Of a DNA stretch of 64,000 nt, positions 62,510 through 64,000 are shown in pieces. A program made the position numbers and the translations under genes. Source of the DNA: Eledone cirrhosa (taxonomy: Eukaryota); the NCBI GenBank assembly GCA_964016885.1, contig OZ024740.1, positions 284,518,001-284,582,000 on the forward strand, written 5' to 3'. Within the stretch, counting starts at the first letter, position 1. Each line of letters opens with the position of its first letter. Below the pieces are notes generated by a model. The model ran no database searches and was not told the DNA's origin. It saw only the letters and a program-made list of their open reading frames with translations.

Positions 62510-64000
62510 ATTTGTTTCTACTTTAGGCACAAGGCCAGCAATTACCCAGTTCATTACTGGTATTTTATTTTATCGACCCCCGTAAGGATGAAAGGCAAAG
62601 TCAACCTCGGCAGGATTTGAACTCAGATTGTAAAGGGACGTAACTATGCTGGAAAGCATGGCGTCCGACCCTCTACCTATACTGCCAATTCACCGCCGTT
62701 AATAATAATAATATTGGTTTCTGATTTATGCACAAGGCCAACAATTTGGGGTTTGGGGGCAGAGAAAAGTCGACTAAATCAACCCAGTGCATTACTGGTA
62801 CTTTATTTTATTGACCCCCGTAAGGATCAAAGACAAAGCTAACCATGGCACGATTTGAACTTAGATCGTAAAGGACCATAACTCTATGCCATAAAGCATG
62901 TTGGCAGATGCTCCACCAAGAACTGCCAATCCACTGCCCTAATAATAATAAATATTGTTTCTACATTAGGCACAAGGCCAACAATTTGAAGGGAAGGGGA
63001 AAGTCAATTAAATCGATACCAGTGCATGACTGGTACTTTATTTTATCGACCTCATAAGGATGAAAGGCAAAGCTAACCTTGGCAGGATTTGAACTCAGAC
63101 CATAAAGGGATGTAACCACCACCCTAATGATAATAACATTAACACTTTAGCACTTAAACCAGCCATATCTGGCCAGAATTCTTTCACCTATTTCTGTTCA
63201 AACCAGCTGTAACCGACCACTCATACTTACGTTAAGGTATTGTTCTCAAAATATATAACATCAACATCTTGTAGATTCAATATTATGTGAGATAATTACG
63301 TGAGCTAAAGCCTTTACAACAAAAATACAATAGTAAATATAGAGTAGTGTAAATGTTAAAGGGTTTATGGTTTCTGATTTAGGCTCAAAGCAAGAACTGG
63401 ATTGACATGCACAACCAGGTTAGAAGTTGTATCACGAATGGTAGGTGTAGGAATTTGCTAGGGCAGTGGATTGGCAGTATCGGTAGCGAGTCAGGCACTA
63501 TGCTTTGATGCATAGAGTTATGGCCCTTGCCATTCTGAGTTCAAATCCCGCCGAGGTCAACTTTGCCTTTCATCCTTACGGGGTCGATAAAATAAAGTAC
63601 CAGTAATGCACTGGGATAATTACTGGCCTTGTGTCAAAAGTAGGAACAATTATTATTGTTAGCATCACTATGTACTGGTAATTGCTGGAACAAATACTGC
63701 AAAGTGTTTTTCTGATGTGCTAACAATTCTGCCAATGTAGCATTAATAATTTCTAACTTTGACAAAGGTCCCCAAATTTAATAGGTGGCAACTAGTTGAT
63801 CAAATCAACCTCAGTACAAAACTGGTACCTTATTTTATTGCCCCCAGAAAGATGAAAAACAAAGTTGATCTCTGCAGGATTTGAACTAAGAACATCACAG
63901 GCTGTAATAATTGTTTCTACTTTAGGCACAAGGCCAGCAATTACCCAGTACATTACTGGTACTTTATTTTATCGACCCCGTAAGGATGAAAGGCAAAGTT
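62510..64000. mobile_element. Cluster of about six SINE family A copies plus a piggyBac MITE (63139-63367)
   Basis: Minus copies at ~62510-62698, 62714-62938, 62955-63115, 63750-63900 and 63910-64000; a plus copy at 63465-63655; separated by (AAT)n. Confidence 0.87.

Overview
Repeat-dominated, AT-rich eukaryotic (metazoan) genomic DNA. No host gene can be confidently identified. The repeat mix (RTE LINEs with (GAT)n tails, several tRNA-derived SINEs, dense CA/TA/GAT/GATA microsatellites) suggests a cephalopod such as Octopus; this is an inference. Recognisable elements are: an R4/Dong-type RLE LINE 3' end; a near full-length decayed Tx1/L1-clade LINE plus a second Tx1 3' fragment, both inside a (GATA)n tract; at least five RTE copies (one with a long ORF carrying a PHD-like finger); a Penelope-like fragment; a Helitron; a Chapaev-type DNA transposon; and piggyBac-type and hAT-type MITEs. 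There are also two large arrays of a 48-bp unit derived from the RTE 3' UTR, a 78-bp satellite and a complex (GGT)n region. The most unexpected signal is a set of about seven hammerhead-ribozyme motifs in short non-coding elements next to (TA)n tracts. One is a perfect minimal type I hammerhead and one is a U3-A8 core variant. Two copies 20 kb apart share a covarying multi-hairpin architecture, which points to a diverse family of non-autonomous Penelope-like or retrozyme elements. The long low-complexity ORFs in the ORF track are interpreted as repeat artefacts.
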